A stretch of 48,074 nt of DNA, taken from positions 1 to 48,074 of the forward strand of contig CAZPUT010000001.1 of NCBI GenBank assembly GCA_964589845.1, read 5' to 3'. Of this stretch, positions 18,523 through 31,385 are shown one piece after another. The position numbers were made by a program, and so were the translations under genes. How positions within the stretch are numbered: position 1 is the stretch's first letter; each line of letters begins with the position of its first letter. The notes below the pieces were generated by a model. It was not told where the DNA came from. It searched no databases and saw nothing but the letters and a program-made list of their open reading frames with translations. The stretch comes from an uncultured Candidatus Nitrotoga sp. (GTDB taxonomy: Bacteria > Pseudomonadota > Gammaproteobacteria > Burkholderiales > Gallionellaceae).

Positions 18523-19743
18523 TTACATCGCCAAGTCGTTGACACTAAGGATGGCAAGCAAAATTGACATAATGATACCGCCAATCAACAGCCCCAGCCC
18601 CAAAATCAGCACCGGCTCCATGAGACTTAACATGCGCTTGACCGTTGTTTGCACCTCATTGTCATACACATCTGCAACGCGTAGCAGCATTTCTTCAAGC
18701 TGGCCTGTTTCTTCACCAACTACTACCATATGAACCGCAAGCTTGGGAAACAAACCCGTTTCCATCATTGGCTTGCCCAACCCCAACCCTTGCTTGAGCT
18801 GATTCGCCACACTGTCGAGCCCTTCAGCCATGACGCTATTATTTAAGGTCTCTTTGATAATAAAGAGCGCGTTCAATAAAGTCACTCCATTGCCTAGCAA
18901 AGTGCCCAAGCTGCGACTAAAGCGGGCCACCTCGATCTTTGCCACCAAGTCGCCTACCAGCGGCAGACGCAGAAAAATGCCATCCCAACGATAGCGGCTG
19001 GCAGGGTTGTTCATTTGCTGTCGCATTAGCGCATAAATGGCTAACGCACCAATCAGCAACATCCACCAGTCATGGCGTAGAAAGTCACCCGCGGCAATGA
19101 CGATTTGCGTTGGTAGCGGCAGGGTTTTACCAGATTGCTGAAACATCAGTGAAAATTGCGGCACAACGAATATCAGCAACATCATCACAGAACTGACTGC
19201 CACCACCATCAGGATTGCGGGATAAATTAATGCAGATGTGACAGTTTGCTTGAGTGCTTTGGCACGCTCCATGAATTCAGTGATGCGCGTCAGCACTGGA
19301 CCAAGTGCGCCTCCAGCCTCACCAGCACGCACCATATTGAGGTAGAAACGGGAAAATACGCCTTTTTGCGCTTCCATCGCTGCGGAAAGCGAAGCCCCGC
19401 CGCGCACGTCGTCACGCACCTGCGTCAACAGGTTACGCACTTTATCGTTTTCCGATAGCTCGACCAGAATTTCCAATGCGCGATCAAGCGGCAGGCCGGC
19501 ATGTAGTAACGTTGCAATTTCACTCGTGAATACGCCAATTTCTGCCTGAGTAACTCGACTGGAGCGTAGCCATCCGAATGAGGCATTTCCTGTAGTTTTT
19601 TCCAGCTGCGCCAGTTCAACCTGAATCGGAATATAACCCATAGCCTGCAAACGATCTACCACCGCTTCATTAGTACGGGCTTCCATTTCGCCTTCCAGCG
19701 CTTCTCCGTCCGCACTAACAGCGTTGTATTGAAACATCGGCAA
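18523..19743 (-). CDS. gspF: T2SS inner-membrane platform protein GspF
   Basis: Motifs AGLPLDRAL, MVRAGEAGG, SALIYP and VGEETGQL. Likely TTG start at 19743 with a GGAG RBS. Confidence 0.95.
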   Translation of the reverse strand: MPMFQYNAVSADGEALEGEMEARTNEAVVDRLQAMGYIPIQVELAQLEKTTGNASFGWLRSSRVTQAEIGVFTSEIATLLHAGLPLDRALEILVELSENDKVRNLLTQVRDDVRGGASLSAAMEAQKGVFSRFYLNMVRAGEAGGALGPVLTRITEFMERAKALKQTVTSALIYPAILMVVAVSSVMMLLIFVVPQFSLMFQQSGKTLPLPTQIVIAAGDFLRHDWWMLLIGALAIYALMRQQMNNPASRYRWDGIFLRLPLVGDLVAKIEVARFSRSLGTLLGNGVTLLNALFIIKETLNNSVMAEGLDSVANQLKQGLGLGKPMMETGLFPKLAVHMVVVGEETGQLEEMLLRVADVYDNEVQTTVKRMLSLMEPVLILGLGLLIGGIIMSILLAILSVNDLAM

Positions 19744-19745
19744 AA

Positions 19746-21440
19746 TCAAGTCTCCCGCGTCACGCGCAATACTTCCTCAATGGTCGTAACCCCTGCCATC
19801 ACTTTACGCAAACCGTTATCAAACATGGTTCGCATGCCTTGATCGATCGCCAGCTTGCGTATTTCCCCGGCAGTCGCATGCTGCATCACCAAGCTGCGAA
19901 TACCATCACTCATCGGAAGCATTTCCACAATACTGACTCGGCCAATATAACCCGTGTGTGCACAGTGTGAACAACCAACTGCATGATAAAGCTCAATCGG
20001 ACGCGCTGCGGTAAAACGATGCAACTCCATTTCATCGACCACTTCGGGCAGCACTGTTCGCAATTGACGGCATTGTTCGCACAGTGTGCGCACCAAGCGC
20101 TGCGCCAGAATGCCAATAACAGTGGAGGTCAGAAGATAATCGTCCATACCCATATCGAGCAGACGGTTGATCGTGCTGGCAGCATCGTTGGTGTGCAGGG
20201 TGGACAGCACCAAGTGACCGGTAAGCGCAGCCTGCACGGCAATTTGTGCGGTTTCCAAATCGCGTATTTCGCCGATCATGATAACGTCTGGATCCTGGCG
20301 CACTATGGAGCGAAGGGCGTTGGCAAAGGTAAGGCCGATCTGCGCTTTGACCTGAATCTGGTTTACACCTTCCATCTGATATTCAACCGGGTCTTCCACA
20401 GTGAGTATCTTGACATCCGATTTGTTCAACGTTTGTAATGCGGTGTAGAGCGTGGTGGTTTTGCCGCTACCGGTTGGGCCGGTGGCCAGAATAATGCCAT
20501 GGGGTTGCTGCAACACATCTATGAATACTTTGAGCACATCTTCGTCAAACCCAAGCGCAACAAAATTTAGGGTAGTACCACTCTTGTCAAGTATCCGCAT
20601 AACCACGCTCTCGCCATGCATGGTAGGCACAGTGGAAACACGCAAATCGATTTCCTTGCTCTGAATTCGCAATTTAATGCGACCATCTTGCGGCAGACGC
20701 CGTTCCGCAATATCCATGCTTGCCATGATTTTAATACGCGATATGACAGCAGCGGACAATCGCCGCGGCGGCGACTCTACCTCGTGCATCACCCCGTCTA
20801 CCCGATAACGCACGATCAAACGATTTTCGAATGGCTCGATGTGAACATCGGATGCGCGCGCCTCCAGCGCATGGCCAATAATTAAATTAACCAGACGGAT
20901 AACCGGTGCCTCGCTGGCGAGATCCTTAAGATGCTGCACATCGTCGCTCGCACCTTCTTCCTCGAGGGTTTCGATGTCGCCTATAATTTCACCCATCGAC
21001 GTCTTGCCGCTACCATAAAGACGCTCGAAAGCGCTTTCCATGTCCTGCTGCACTGCCACGCGCACACTGACTGAACGATGCGTTAGCAAGCCAAAGGCAT
21101 TGATGACGTATTGATCAAGTGGATCCACTAGCGCCAGCACTAGCACATGTTCATCTTCATGTAGCGGCAACGCTTTAGACTCTTTGAGGAAACGTACCGA
21201 TACGCGCTCTTCCAGCAAGGGCACTTGAGGATAATCAGCCGGCTCCACCAGTGCCAGCCCAAGCTGTGCCCCCAATGCCTCTGCCACATCACGGGCAGAA
21301 ACCACCCCCAGCTTTAATAGCAGTGCGCCAATACGCTCATGTTCGCCGACTTCTTCTTTCTGCAAGTCTAGCGCACGCTCCAACTCGAGCGCATTCAGCT
21401 TCCCCTGCTCAACTAACCATTCTCCTAAGCGTTTCCTCAA
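19746..21440 (-). CDS. gspE: T2SS assembly ATPase GspE (long N-terminus)
   Basis: Walker A GPTGSGKTT, TVEDPVE, RQDPDVIMIGEIRD, STLHTND and a CxxC...CxxC zinc site. The N-terminal RLGEWLV/RIGALLL segments resemble MshEN-type motifs. Confidence 0.95.
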   Translation of the reverse strand: MRKRLGEWLVEQGKLNALELERALDLQKEEVGEHERIGALLLKLGVVSARDVAEALGAQLGLALVEPADYPQVPLLEERVSVRFLKESKALPLHEDEHVLVLALVDPLDQYVINAFGLLTHRSVSVRVAVQQDMESAFERLYGSGKTSMGEIIGDIETLEEEGASDDVQHLKDLASEAPVIRLVNLIIGHALEARASDVHIEPFENRLIVRYRVDGVMHEVESPPRRLSAAVISRIKIMASMDIAERRLPQDGRIKLRIQSKEIDLRVSTVPTMHGESVVMRILDKSGTTLNFVALGFDEDVLKVFIDVLQQPHGIILATGPTGSGKTTTLYTALQTLNKSDVKILTVEDPVEYQMEGVNQIQVKAQIGLTFANALRSIVRQDPDVIMIGEIRDLETAQIAVQAALTGHLVLSTLHTNDAASTINRLLDMGMDDYLLTSTVIGILAQRLVRTLCEQCRQLRTVLPEVVDEMELHRFTAARPIELYHAVGCSHCAHTGYIGRVSIVEMLPMSDGIRSLVMQHATAGEIRKLAIDQGMRTMFDNGLRKVMAGVTTIEEVLRVTRET

Positions 21441-21626
21441 CTTGATGCTTTCTTTGCGAAAAAGTGCGGGAATGGTATCACGACCACGTGGATTTTCGCG
21501 CCAGGTTGCCCGAATTCACTTTTAACCGAGCCACAACATGAAATGGTACATACAACGTCATGTCTCAAGTGCAAAAACGTTGCATTTTGTTTGCTGGTAC
21601 GCTCAAACAAACGATGGGCGCAATAT

Positions 21627-22412
21627 TTAAGGATAAAACAAAAACAAGCGATATCCAGTTGGTTTAAGGTCGGCAGTGTCAAGACGCAGTTTGATGCCAA
21701 CCTCATGGTTGGGTAGTAGCCCTTGTTTTTCGTCCTCGCTGGATTTGAGATATTCCGCTGGAGGGAAGATGCGGCGTGCCAGTGCCTTATCCATCGAGTT
21801 GGTAAGTGTAAGTTCGAGATTGGGATAGGTTTGCGCGTAAGGCGCACGGTTTCGCAAGGTGGCATTGAGAGAGATGACGCTCGCTTGTTTCGGATCAGAC
21901 TCCAAGTCAGAAGATTCGATGCTCAGCTGGTCAATTTTTTTCGGCAACGGAATATTGCAGTTGAGCAGCCTGCAATAAGACGCGAGTGTTAACTTGATGC
22001 CTGGCAAATGTGCGGCGAGTTCGACACGAAAAAAATAGGTAGCCTGTGCTAGCAACACTATGAACAATAATAATGTGACCACCACCCACGACCAGTGAAC
22101 ATTCTTTTTGATGACTGAGGGACTGGTTTCCAGTACTTCTTCTGAACTGGCCGTAGCGAGATGGCTAAAATCATATTGATCGTGGGTTGCGGAGATATGC
22201 TCTACCGGGCTTTCAACAGGCACTTGCTGCACTTCTTTTTGAGCCAGAATTAGGGCAAGTTGCGGGCTGGGTTCGTTATCATGCAATTGCTTTGTTGCGT
22301 TGAATATCGCCTGGCACCGTCCGCAACGCACCATGCCCTGATGCATATCCAGCTGAGCTTGGCTGACTTTAAAGCGGGTGCCACACTCCGGACATTGGGT
22401 GACTTCGTTCAT
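21627..22412 (-). CDS. MJ0042-type zinc-ribbon and DUF3426 domain protein
   Basis: TQCPECGTRFKV...GMVRCGRC zinc ribbon, a TM helix, then LRNRAPYAQTYPNLELTL. Sits in its usual position downstream of prmA. Confidence 0.85.
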   Translation of the reverse strand: MNEVTQCPECGTRFKVSQAQLDMHQGMVRCGRCQAIFNATKQLHDNEPSPQLALILAQKEVQQVPVESPVEHISATHDQYDFSHLATASSEEVLETSPSVIKKNVHWSWVVVTLLLFIVLLAQATYFFRVELAAHLPGIKLTLASYCRLLNCNIPLPKKIDQLSIESSDLESDPKQASVISLNATLRNRAPYAQTYPNLELTLTNSMDKALARRIFPPAEYLKSSEDEKQGLLPNHEVGIKLRLDTADLKPTGYRLFLFYP

Positions 22413-23299
22413 CGCTTCACTCCAGATAAGCATGCCCAACCTTCTTCCATAACCGGTGGCATGAAGTCAAACCATTGATCATAGATTTCCATAACGTCTT
22501 CGGCCTGTTCGCTGAGTACGCCTGATAACACAATCTGGCCGCCTTGCCGCGTTGAGCCTGCGAGCAATGGAGCGAGCACTTTGAGAGGATTGGTAAGAAT
22601 ATTGGCTACTACAATGTCGGCTTGTTGTTTTAGTGCAGCACCCGGAAGGTAGAACTGCGCGTCAACTTTATTAGCCATTGCATTGTCTCGACTGGCTTGC
22701 ACGGCTTGTGCATCCACGTCCATACCAGTGGCGCTGGCAGCGCCAAGTTTGAGTGCAGCGATGGCCAGGATGCCCGAGCCACAGCCATAATCCAGTACGG
22801 ATTCACCCCCTTGCAAATGACTATCCAACCAGCGCAGACACAAACGGGTAGTGGGGTGGCTACCGGTTCCAAAAGCCAAGCCGGGATCGAGCGTAATGTT
22901 GATGGCACTAGGGTCAAGCGGGGTGTGCCAAGTAGGCACGATCCATAGCCGCTGCGAAATGCGAATGGGGTTAAACTGCAATTGGGTCAAACGCACCCAG
23001 TCGTTGTCCGCCAAGGTTGCAATGACATAGGTTGGCGGCTGTTTCAGCCCGATGGCGTATGCCGCCTCCAGCATGATTGTGTCTATCGGCGTATCTTCGA
23101 TAAACAAAGCAGTAATGCGATTGTGTGACCAAAGATGAGAGACGGATTCGCCCGGTTCGCCAAATATGGCTTGCTCATTCGAGGTGTCGGCATCTGCATC
23201 ATGTATGTCCACCGATAATGCGCCGAGCGCCAGCAGAGCCTCGCTCAGCATCTCCGCTTGGGATGCAGATGCAGTGATCGTCAGCGAAAGCCATGCCAT
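22409..23299 (-). CDS. prmA: 50S ribosomal protein L11 methyltransferase
   Basis: Motifs LDPGLAFGTGSHPTT, VLDYGCGSGILAIAA and VANIL. Confidence 0.97.
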   Translation of the reverse strand: MAWLSLTITASASQAEMLSEALLALGALSVDIHDADADTSNEQAIFGEPGESVSHLWSHNRITALFIEDTPIDTIMLEAAYAIGLKQPPTYVIATLADNDWVRLTQLQFNPIRISQRLWIVPTWHTPLDPSAINITLDPGLAFGTGSHPTTRLCLRWLDSHLQGGESVLDYGCGSGILAIAALKLGAASATGMDVDAQAVQASRDNAMANKVDAQFYLPGAALKQQADIVVANILTNPLKVLAPLLAGSTRQGGQIVLSGVLSEQAEDVMEIYDQWFDFMPPVMEEGWACLSGVKR

Positions 23300-23300
23300 G

Positions 23301-24656
23301 TTATTTTACCTTGATGCGTTCGGCTAGCTTATGTTCCAGGTAATGGATGCTGGTGCCACCTCGTAGAAAAGCAGCATCCAACATCAGCTCCTGATGCAGC
23401 GGAATGTTAGTCTCGATACCTTCTACCGCCATTTCAGATAAAGCAGTGCGCATGCGGGCTATCGCCTGTTGGCGGTTGTCGCCATATGCAATAATCTTGC
23501 CAATCATGGAATCGTAGTGCGGCGGCACGAAATAATTGGCGTACACATGCGAATCCACGCGGATGCCAGGACCACCGGGGGTATGCCAAGTCGTAATGCG
23601 GCCGGCCGAGGGCGTGAACTTGTAGGGATGTTCAGCATTGATGCGGCATTCGATGGCATGACCTTTGAGCGTAATATCATTTTGCTTGAAACTGAGTTTT
23701 TCACCGGCAGCGATACGAATCTGCTGTTGCACGATATCTATGCCCGTAATCATTTCGCTGACCGGATGTTCTACCTGTATGCGAGTGTTCATTTCAATGA
23801 AGAAAAACTCGTCTTTTTCATACAGAAACTCAAAAGTTCCCGCGCCGCGATAGCCAATCTTGCGGCAAGCTGCCGCGCAGCGCTCACCAATTTTATTACG
23901 AAAACGAGTATTGAGCAGAGGTGCTGGCGCTTCCTCAAGAATTTTCTGATGACGGCGTTGCATTGAGCAGTCGCGCTCACCTAAATATACCGCATTGCCA
24001 TAAGAATCAGCCAGTACTTGAAATTCGATGTGGCGCGGATTCTGCAAAAACTTTTCCATATACACCACAGGATTATTAAACGCAGCCTGTGCCTCGCTGC
24101 GCGTCATGACCACGGCATTGAGCAACGCGGCTTCGGTATGTACCACGCGCATGCCTCGTCCGCCCCCGCCACCGGCGGCCTTTATAATGACCGGGTAACC
24201 AATGCTGCGTGCAATCTTTGTAATTTCGGCTGGATTGTCCGGCAGTGCGCCGTCCACGCCAGGCACACAAGGAATCCCCGCTTTTTTCATTGCATTTTTG
24301 GCGGACACTTTGTCGCCCATTAAACGAATGGTCTCCGGGCGTGGGCCAATGAATACAAACCCGCTCTTTTCCACACGCTCGGCGAAGTCAGCACTTTCAG
24401 ACAAAAAACCATAACCAGGGTGGATGGCCTGCGCATCAGTAACTTCCGCTGCGCTAATAATGGATGGGATGTGCAGATAGCTGTGTAGCGAGGACGCCGG
24501 GCCAATGCACACCGATTCATCAGCCAGTTTGACATACTTGGCATCTGCGTCAGCTTCGGAATGCACTGCTACGGATTTAATGCCCATCTCACGACAGGCG
24601 CGCTGAATTCTTAAGGCAATCTCGCCTCGATTTGCGATGAGAATTTTTTCAAACAT
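23301..24656 (-). CDS. accC: Acetyl-CoA carboxylase, biotin carboxylase subunit
   Basis: Motifs [35 protein letters not shown] and [10 protein letters not shown]. Confidence 0.98.
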   Translation of the reverse strand: MFEKILIANRGEIALRIQRACREMGIKSVAVHSEADADAKYVKLADESVCIGPASSLHSYLHIPSIISAAEVTDAQAIHPGYGFLSESADFAERVEKSGFVFIGPRPETIRLMGDKVSAKNAMKKAGIPCVPGVDGALPDNPAEITKIARSIGYPVIIKAAGGGGGRGMRVVHTEAALLNAVVMTRSEAQAAFNNPVVYMEKFLQNPRHIEFQVLADSYGNAVYLGERDCSMQRRHQKILEEAPAPLLNTRFRNKIGERCAAACRKIGYRGAGTFEFLYEKDEFFFIEMNTRIQVEHPVSEMITGIDIVQQQIRIAAGEKLSFKQNDITLKGHAIECRINAEHPYKFTPSAGRITTWHTPGGPGIRVDSHVYANYFVPPHYDSMIGKIIAYGDNRQQAIARMRTALSEMAVEGIETNIPLHQELMLDAAFLRGGTSIHYLEHKLAERIKVK

Positions 24657-24659
24657 TAT

Positions 24660-25103
24660 TTAACCGATGACAAAAAGAGGTTGACCATATTCCACCGGCT
24701 GGCCGCTCTCAGCCAGAATCGCACTGATGACACCGCTTTGATCAGCTTCGATTTCGTTGAGCAACTTCATTGCCTCAATGATACAGAGGGTGTCGCCCAC
24801 GCTCACGCTTTGGCCCACCTCCACAAAAGGCTTGGCATCAGGAGAGGGGCTGCGGTAGAAACTACCAACCATTGGCGATTTCACTACGTGACCATCTGGT
24901 ATTACGGATCCGGCTGGTTCAGCAGGCGCCTCGGCCAGCTGTGGAGCAAGCGTGGTCATGTGCTGCGGCGCAGCATAAACATGCTGCGCCGCAGCACCAG
25001 AACGAACAATACGCACGCGTTCTTCGCCTTCACTGATTTCCAGCTCGGCAATACCGGAGCTTTCAACCAGTTCAATCAAGGTCTTGAGTTTACGTAAATC
25101 CAT
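24660..25103 (-). CDS. accB: Biotin carboxyl carrier protein
   Basis: [13 protein letters not shown] start and EAMKL biotinylation motif. Confidence 0.98.
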   Translation of the reverse strand: MDLRKLKTLIELVESSGIAELEISEGEERVRIVRSGAAAQHVYAAPQHMTTLAPQLAEAPAEPAGSVIPDGHVVKSPMVGSFYRSPSPDAKPFVEVGQSVSVGDTLCIIEAMKLLNEIEADQSGVISAILAESGQPVEYGQPLFVIG

Positions 25104-25105
25104 GA

Positions 25106-25549
25106 TTAGCTCCTAACAGAATATTGCAGCGCGTATTGCACTGCGAGTTCGTAACCGGTTGCACCCAGGCCACTGATAACACCGACAGCGAGATCAGAGA
25201 AGTATGATTCTTTACGGAACAGTTCACGTGCAAACACATTGGAAAGATGCACTTCAATAAATGGGATGGCTACCGCCGCCAGTGCATCGCGTAAAGCCAC
25301 ACTGGTATGCGTAAAAGCAGCCGGGTTAATGACAATAAAATCTGTACCGTCCTGGCGCGCCAAATGTACGCGATCCACTAAAGCGGATTCAGAGTTACTC
25401 TGGAAATGCAACAAACTTGCGCCTTGTATATGCACTAAATGCTGCAATTTGTTGTTAATTTCGTCTAAAGTAATATGGCCATATACGTCTGGCTCGCGAC
25501 TGCCGAGCAAGTTCAGATTGGGACCATGTAGAACCAGAATGGTTTTCAT
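25106..25549 (-). CDS. aroQ: Type II 3-dehydroquinate dehydratase
   Basis: Motifs [28 protein letters not shown] and EVHLSN. Confidence 0.97.
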   Translation of the reverse strand: MKTILVLHGPNLNLLGSREPDVYGHITLDEINNKLQHLVHIQGASLLHFQSNSESALVDRVHLARQDGTDFIVINPAAFTHTSVALRDALAAVAIPFIEVHLSNVFARELFRKESYFSDLAVGVISGLGATGYELAVQYALQYSVRS

Positions 25550-25612
25550 GAACGCAGTTTGCCGCAAATTGGGGCAAGTTGTCTATCTTTTAGAAGAAAT
25601 TGAGCGGAGTAG

Positions 25613-26026
25613 TTATGCGAGACGTTCTTCTTGCAAACGTTTACGTAATTCCTCAACGGTGAGGATGGAGGGAGTAAAGCTTCCTCGCAATGCGAGTAAA
25701 TCTTTTTCAACGCTCACCAGTGCATCCACCTTGGCTTTGTGTGCCACAGCCAAAAATACTTGGCTAAATACACCATGCGATGGCATCCAGTTGGATATAG
25801 AAGCTGTTTCACAGTACGGGAAAAAATCTTCCAACAACAAATCCTGTTCAGCGATCGACAGATTAAATTTTGGGTAATCTAATGAGTCGAACAGATCTTC
25901 CTTTGTTGCGTTACTGATCACCGGACGGATAGACTTCGCCTGCCAAGCCTTTTTTAACCACGCCAAATTCCCGTTGGTGAACAACAATGCAGAAAGTATT
26001 ACATTAGTATCGAGAACAACTCGCAT
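25613..26026 (-). CDS. PIN_3-family putative TA toxin, apparently degenerate
   Basis: MRVVLDTNVILSALLF...YPKF...KDLLAL. Starts 1 nt after the antitoxin stop. Confidence 0.8.
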   Translation of the reverse strand: MRVVLDTNVILSALLFTNGNLAWLKKAWQAKSIRPVISNATKEDLFDSLDYPKFNLSIAEQDLLLEDFFPYCETASISNWMPSHGVFSQVFLAVAHKAKVDALVSVEKDLLALRGSFTPSILTVEELRKRLQEERLA

Positions 26027-26027
26027 A

Positions 26028-26255
26028 TTATTCCTTGGGCCGACGTGCCCAAGCACTGGCGTCTGCTACATCTTTTTCGGAAATACCTGACGCAATCAAT
26101 TTATCACGCACGGCTTCGACGCTTTGAGCTAAAACTGGTGTCAGGACTATATTGGCATTGTCGACTTCGACATCGGGATACTTGGCGGCCTCCACTTGGG
26201 AAGCGATTTCATCTGGTGACGTGATCTGGTTGTTTGGAGTTATCTTGACGTGCAT
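26028..26255 (-). CDS. AbrB/MazE-like antitoxin
   Basis: KITPNNQIT...IVLTPV...AVRDKL...DVADASAWAR, with a GAGGT RBS. Directly upstream of the PIN gene. Confidence 0.75.
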   Translation of the reverse strand: MHVKITPNNQITSPDEIASQVEAAKYPDVEVDNANIVLTPVLAQSVEAVRDKLIASGISEKDVADASAWARRPKE

Positions 26256-26725
26256 AGTAGCTACCTCAGCGGCAAGCAAAAGAGATAAGGTAAATTATAG
26301 AAAAATTGTACTTGAGAAAGCGGGCGTGTGCAAGTTAAACCATTGTCCAATAAGGAGCGGGCGGGCTTTCTCGGCCCTGCTATCATTGAAGATGCATGGT
26401 TTTTGTCCCCTAAAGGTGTGCTGCGTTTATCCGGGCGGTAAATAATTGTTTAGTCCGTACGCGTTATGCGTATTCCGACACATGCGGGCGGTACATTTCA
26501 AACGATTGCCCGGACTGACACCCCTTAAATGAAGTGCGAATGACTCGTTGAAAAGCACGATTCTCGCCAGTGAACGTTAGACACAAAACCCTGGAATAAT
26601 ACTGATAACTATTTTTCTCCTGTTGCCCTAAACAGGGCAGTACGGCATAATTACCTACTGTTTGTTGCAGTTTGCTGCAAAAATAATTTATTTATTCTTA
26701 GAGATGTTCAGGAGGTTAGTGAAAA

Positions 26726-28741
26726 ATGGCTGCGGCGCGTAAAGTAACCCCCCCCAAGTTTAATGACATAACTGGAGCGATCCGCGCTTTGGCAATGGAT
26801 GCGGTTCAAAAAGCAAACTCTGGCCACCCTGGCGCGCCCATGGGCATGGCAGAAATCGCCGAAGCGCTGTGGATTCACCATCTGCGCCATAATCCGGCTA
26901 ACCCTAAGTGGGCCGACCGTGACCGTTTCGTGTTTTCCAACGGCCACGGCTCGATGCTAATTTATGCCCTGCTGCATTTGACTGGCTACGACTTGCCGAT
27001 TGATGAGTTGAAGCGCTTCCGCCAGCTACACTCCCAGACGCCAGGCCACCCCGAGTATGGCTACACCGCTGGCATCGAAACCACTACAGGCCCGCTGGGT
27101 CAAGGCATTACCAATGCGGTGGGTTTTGCCCTGGCGGAAAAATTGCTGGCAAATGAATTTAATCGGCCTGGCCACGAAATCGTTAACCACCATACTTATG
27201 TCTTCCTCGGCGACGGCTGCATGATGGAAGGCATTTCGCATGAATCCTGCGCACTGGCCGGTACCTGGGGGCTCGGCAAGCTGATCGCCTTCTGGGACGA
27301 CAACGGCATTTCCATTGATGGACATGTTGAAGCCTGGTTTACTGACGATACTGCCAAACGCTTTGAGTCTTATGGTTGGCATGTAATCGCCAATGTGGAG
27401 GGCCACGATCCTAAAGCAGTAGATGACGCCATCAAGACCGCCAAGGAAGTTACCGACAAGCCCACACTGATCTGTTGCAAGACCATCATCGGCGCGGGCT
27501 CCCCGAACAAGGCCGGTACGCATGACGTACATGGCGCTGCATTAGGCGATGCGGAAATCGCCGCTACGCGCGAATATATAGGTTGGAAATACCCGCCGTT
27601 CGAAATTCCAGCGCACGTTTACCAAGCGTGGAATGCACGTACCAAGGGAGAGGGTTTGGAAAAATTGTGGGACAATAAATTTGCAGAATACCGCAAGGTT
27701 TTCCCCCAAGAAGCGGCTGAGTTTGAGCGACGAATGAAGGGGGATTTGCCAGCAGACTGGACGCAACATGCTGCGGACATGATCGCCAAGACCAATGAAA
27801 AGGCAGAAACCATTGCCTCGCGCAAGGCGTCACAGAATGCGATTAACGGTCTGGTGTCGGCACTGCCTGAATTTCTTGGCGGCTCGGCGGATCTGACCGG
27901 TTCGAACCTGACCAATTGGACGGGCGCCAAGCACGTTCATGGAAAATCGACAGGTAACTACATTAGTTACGGAGTACGCGAATTCGGGATGTCAGCCATT
28001 ATGAATGGCGTGGCGTTGCATGGCGGGTTGCTACCATTTGGCGGCACTTTCCTGATGTTTTCGGAATATGCCCGCAATGCACTGCGCATGGCAGCGCTGA
28101 TGAAACAACGCGTGATTTTCGTGTACACGCATGACTCCATCGGTTTGGGCGAAGACGGTCCAACTCATCAGCCTGTGGAACAAACTACCACGCTACGCTA
28201 TATTCCAAATATGGACGTTTGGCGTCCTTGTGATACGGTGGAATCTGCCGTGTCATGGGTTGCAGCGGTTGAGCGCAAAACTGGCCCGAGCAGTCTTATT
28301 TTCAGCCGCCAGAACTTGGCATTCCAAAAGCGCGATGAGGCTCAAATCGCCAACATCCGCAAGGGTGGCTATGTGTTGTCGGAAGCTGCCAATGGCAAGC
28401 CACAGGCGCTCATTATCGCGACGGGTTCCGAGGTGGGTCTGGCCATGGATGCACAAAAAGCCTTGGCTCAAGACGGTATTAATGTACGAGTAGTTTCCAT
28501 GCCTTCAACCAATGTATTTGATCGTCAAGATCAGGCATACAGGGACAGCGTGTTGCCAAAGGGCAGTAAGCGCGTAGCTGTCGAAGCTGGCGTGACAGGG
28601 TTTTGGTACAAATATGTTGGTTTGGACGGTGCGGTAATTGGCATGGATACCTTTGGCGAATCTGCTCCGGCAGGTGAACTATTCAAACACTTCGGCTTTA
28701 CCATTGAAAATGTGGTGAAAGCCGTGAAAAGCATACTTTAA
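26726..28741 (+). CDS. tkt: Transketolase
   Basis: Motifs [29 protein letters not shown] and [15 protein letters not shown]. Confidence 0.98.
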   Translation: MAAARKVTPPKFNDITGAIRALAMDAVQKANSGHPGAPMGMAEIAEALWIHHLRHNPANPKWADRDRFVFSNGHGSMLIYALLHLTGYDLPIDELKRFRQLHSQTPGHPEYGYTAGIETTTGPLGQGITNAVGFALAEKLLANEFNRPGHEIVNHHTYVFLGDGCMMEGISHESCALAGTWGLGKLIAFWDDNGISIDGHVEAWFTDDTAKRFESYGWHVIANVEGHDPKAVDDAIKTAKEVTDKPTLICCKTIIGAGSPNKAGTHDVHGAALGDAEIAATREYIGWKYPPFEIPAHVYQAWNARTKGEGLEKLWDNKFAEYRKVFPQEAAEFERRMKGDLPADWTQHAADMIAKTNEKAETIASRKASQNAINGLVSALPEFLGGSADLTGSNLTNWTGAKHVHGKSTGNYISYGVREFGMSAIMNGVALHGGLLPFGGTFLMFSEYARNALRMAALMKQRVIFVYTHDSIGLGEDGPTHQPVEQTTTLRYIPNMDVWRPCDTVESAVSWVAAVERKTGPSSLIFSRQNLAFQKRDEAQIANIRKGGYVLSEAANGKPQALIIATGSEVGLAMDAQKALAQDGINVRVVSMPSTNVFDRQDQAYRDSVLPKGSKRVAVEAGVTGFWYKYVGLDGAVIGMDTFGESAPAGELFKHFGFTIENVVKAVKSIL

Positions 28742-29090
28742 ATTTCTGGTAGCGATACAGCGGGCTCTGATGTGCTTTGCTTGGAGGGGCAAAAAGTGTC
28801 CGCATAACCTTGCTGTGATGATCATCGTAAGGCCATATCAAGTCAGTCTCAGTGTTGCAACAGTAGTAGCTAGTGCAAACATCGAGGCTCACATACTGCC
28901 CCCTTCCGTCGAAGTGGGTACTTAGCGTTGCAGCGGTAGGATTGGCGACACGCTTCAAGGTTATCCGGTCGTCCGATTATTTGTGGCAGAGCATGTGAAG
29001 ATGCTGAAAGTTTAAATATTTGATTAGCTTAGCTACAACATCAGAACAGTCTGAAGAAATTTGTCTGAATAGTTACAATTTTAGTTATAA

Positions 29091-30104
<1,014 letters not shown>

Positions 30105-30184
30105 ACATGCACCCAAGGTGAGAAACCACCTCACCTTTTGCATTATTCTTACGTTGCACCTCGAATGCTTAATTGGAGAAAGAA

Positions 30185-31369
30185 TTGTCCGTAATCAAAA
30201 TGACTGATTTGGATCTCAGGGGCAAACGTGTCCTGATCCGCGAAGACTTGAATGTTCCCCAAGCTGATGATGGCACCATAACTGATGACACCCGCATCCG
30301 GGCAAGCATGCCTACCATCCAGCATGCCGCGAAGGCAGGCGCCAAAGTAATGTTAATGTCCCACCTCGGTCGCCCTGAAGAAGGTGTATATACCGAAGCC
30401 GATTCCCTAAAGCCTGTAGCCAAGCGTTTGTCTGACTTGTTGGGTAAAGAGATACGAGTAATTAAAGATTGGCTGGACGGCGGCTTCACCATCGCCGATG
30501 GCGAAGTCGTACTATTTGAGAACGTGCGCTTCAATAAAGGTGAAGGCAAAAACAACGACGAGCTGTCCCAAAAAATGGCTAAGCTGTGCGACATCTATGC
30601 GATGGATGCATTCGGTACCGCGCATCGCGCGCAGGCTTCCACCCACGGTGTGGCGAAGTATGCGCCAGTGGCATGCGCTGGCCCACTACTGGTAGCAGAA
30701 CTGGAGGCATTGGGCAAGGCATTGAAAAGCCCGGCTCACCCGCTGATCGCCATCGTCGGCGGTTCTAAGGTTTCATCCAAGTTGACCGTATTGGAATCGT
30801 TGTCCCACATCGTGGATCAATTGATCGTCGGGGGCGGCATTGCCAATACTTTCATTAAAGCGGCTGGTTATAACGTCGGTAAATCCCTATATGAACCCGA
30901 TCTTGTAGCCGAAGCCCAGCGCTTAATGCAAGCCGCCAAGTCCAAGGGCGGATCGATACCGGTACCTACCGATGTAGTCGTGGGCAAAAAATTTGGTGCC
31001 AATGAGCCTGCCGTGGTTAAGAAAGTGGCTGATATTACCGATGACGATATGATTTTTGATATTGGCCCCGAAACTGCCCAAGCTTATGCAGCCTATATAA
31101 AGAACGCCGCAACCATTGTATGGAATGGCCCAGTAGGCGTATTTGAATTTGACCAGTTTGGCGCTGGTACCAAAATGCTAGGCATCGCGATTTCGGAAAG
31201 CCCTGCATTTTCTATCGCCGGCGGCGGGGATACGCTGGCGGCGATTGCAAAATACAAGATCAGCGATCAAATAAGTTATATTTCCACGGGTGGCGGTGCA
31301 TTTTTAGAATTCCTCGAAGGCAAAAAATTGCCAGCGGTGGAAATTCTTGAGCAACGTGCCATGAAATAA
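30185..31369 (+). CDS. pgk: Phosphoglycerate kinase
   Basis: TTG start after GGAGA gives [11 protein letters not shown]. Motifs DLNVP, SHLGRP, GGGDT and STGGGA. Confidence 0.98.
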   Translation: MSVIKMTDLDLRGKRVLIREDLNVPQADDGTITDDTRIRASMPTIQHAAKAGAKVMLMSHLGRPEEGVYTEADSLKPVAKRLSDLLGKEIRVIKDWLDGGFTIADGEVVLFENVRFNKGEGKNNDELSQKMAKLCDIYAMDAFGTAHRAQASTHGVAKYAPVACAGPLLVAELEALGKALKSPAHPLIAIVGGSKVSSKLTVLESLSHIVDQLIVGGGIANTFIKAAGYNVGKSLYEPDLVAEAQRLMQAAKSKGGSIPVPTDVVVGKKFGANEPAVVKKVADITDDDMIFDIGPETAQAYAAYIKNAATIVWNGPVGVFEFDQFGAGTKMLGIAISESPAFSIAGGGDTLAAIAKYKISDQISYISTGGGAFLEFLEGKKLPAVEILEQRAMK

Positions 31370-31385
31370 ATAAGACGAGAAATTT

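Noticed and set aside
21437-21865. 142-aa minus-strand ORF and a sigma54-like TGCAACGTTTTTGCA sequence upstream of gspE
   Set aside because: The ORF overlaps the DUF3426 gene out of frame, and the motif lacks the invariant -24 GG.
26570-26585. GTTAGAC, resembling an integron attC core site
   Set aside because: No matching inverse core (RYYYAAC) or attC hairpin was seen, and there is no integrase or cassette array.
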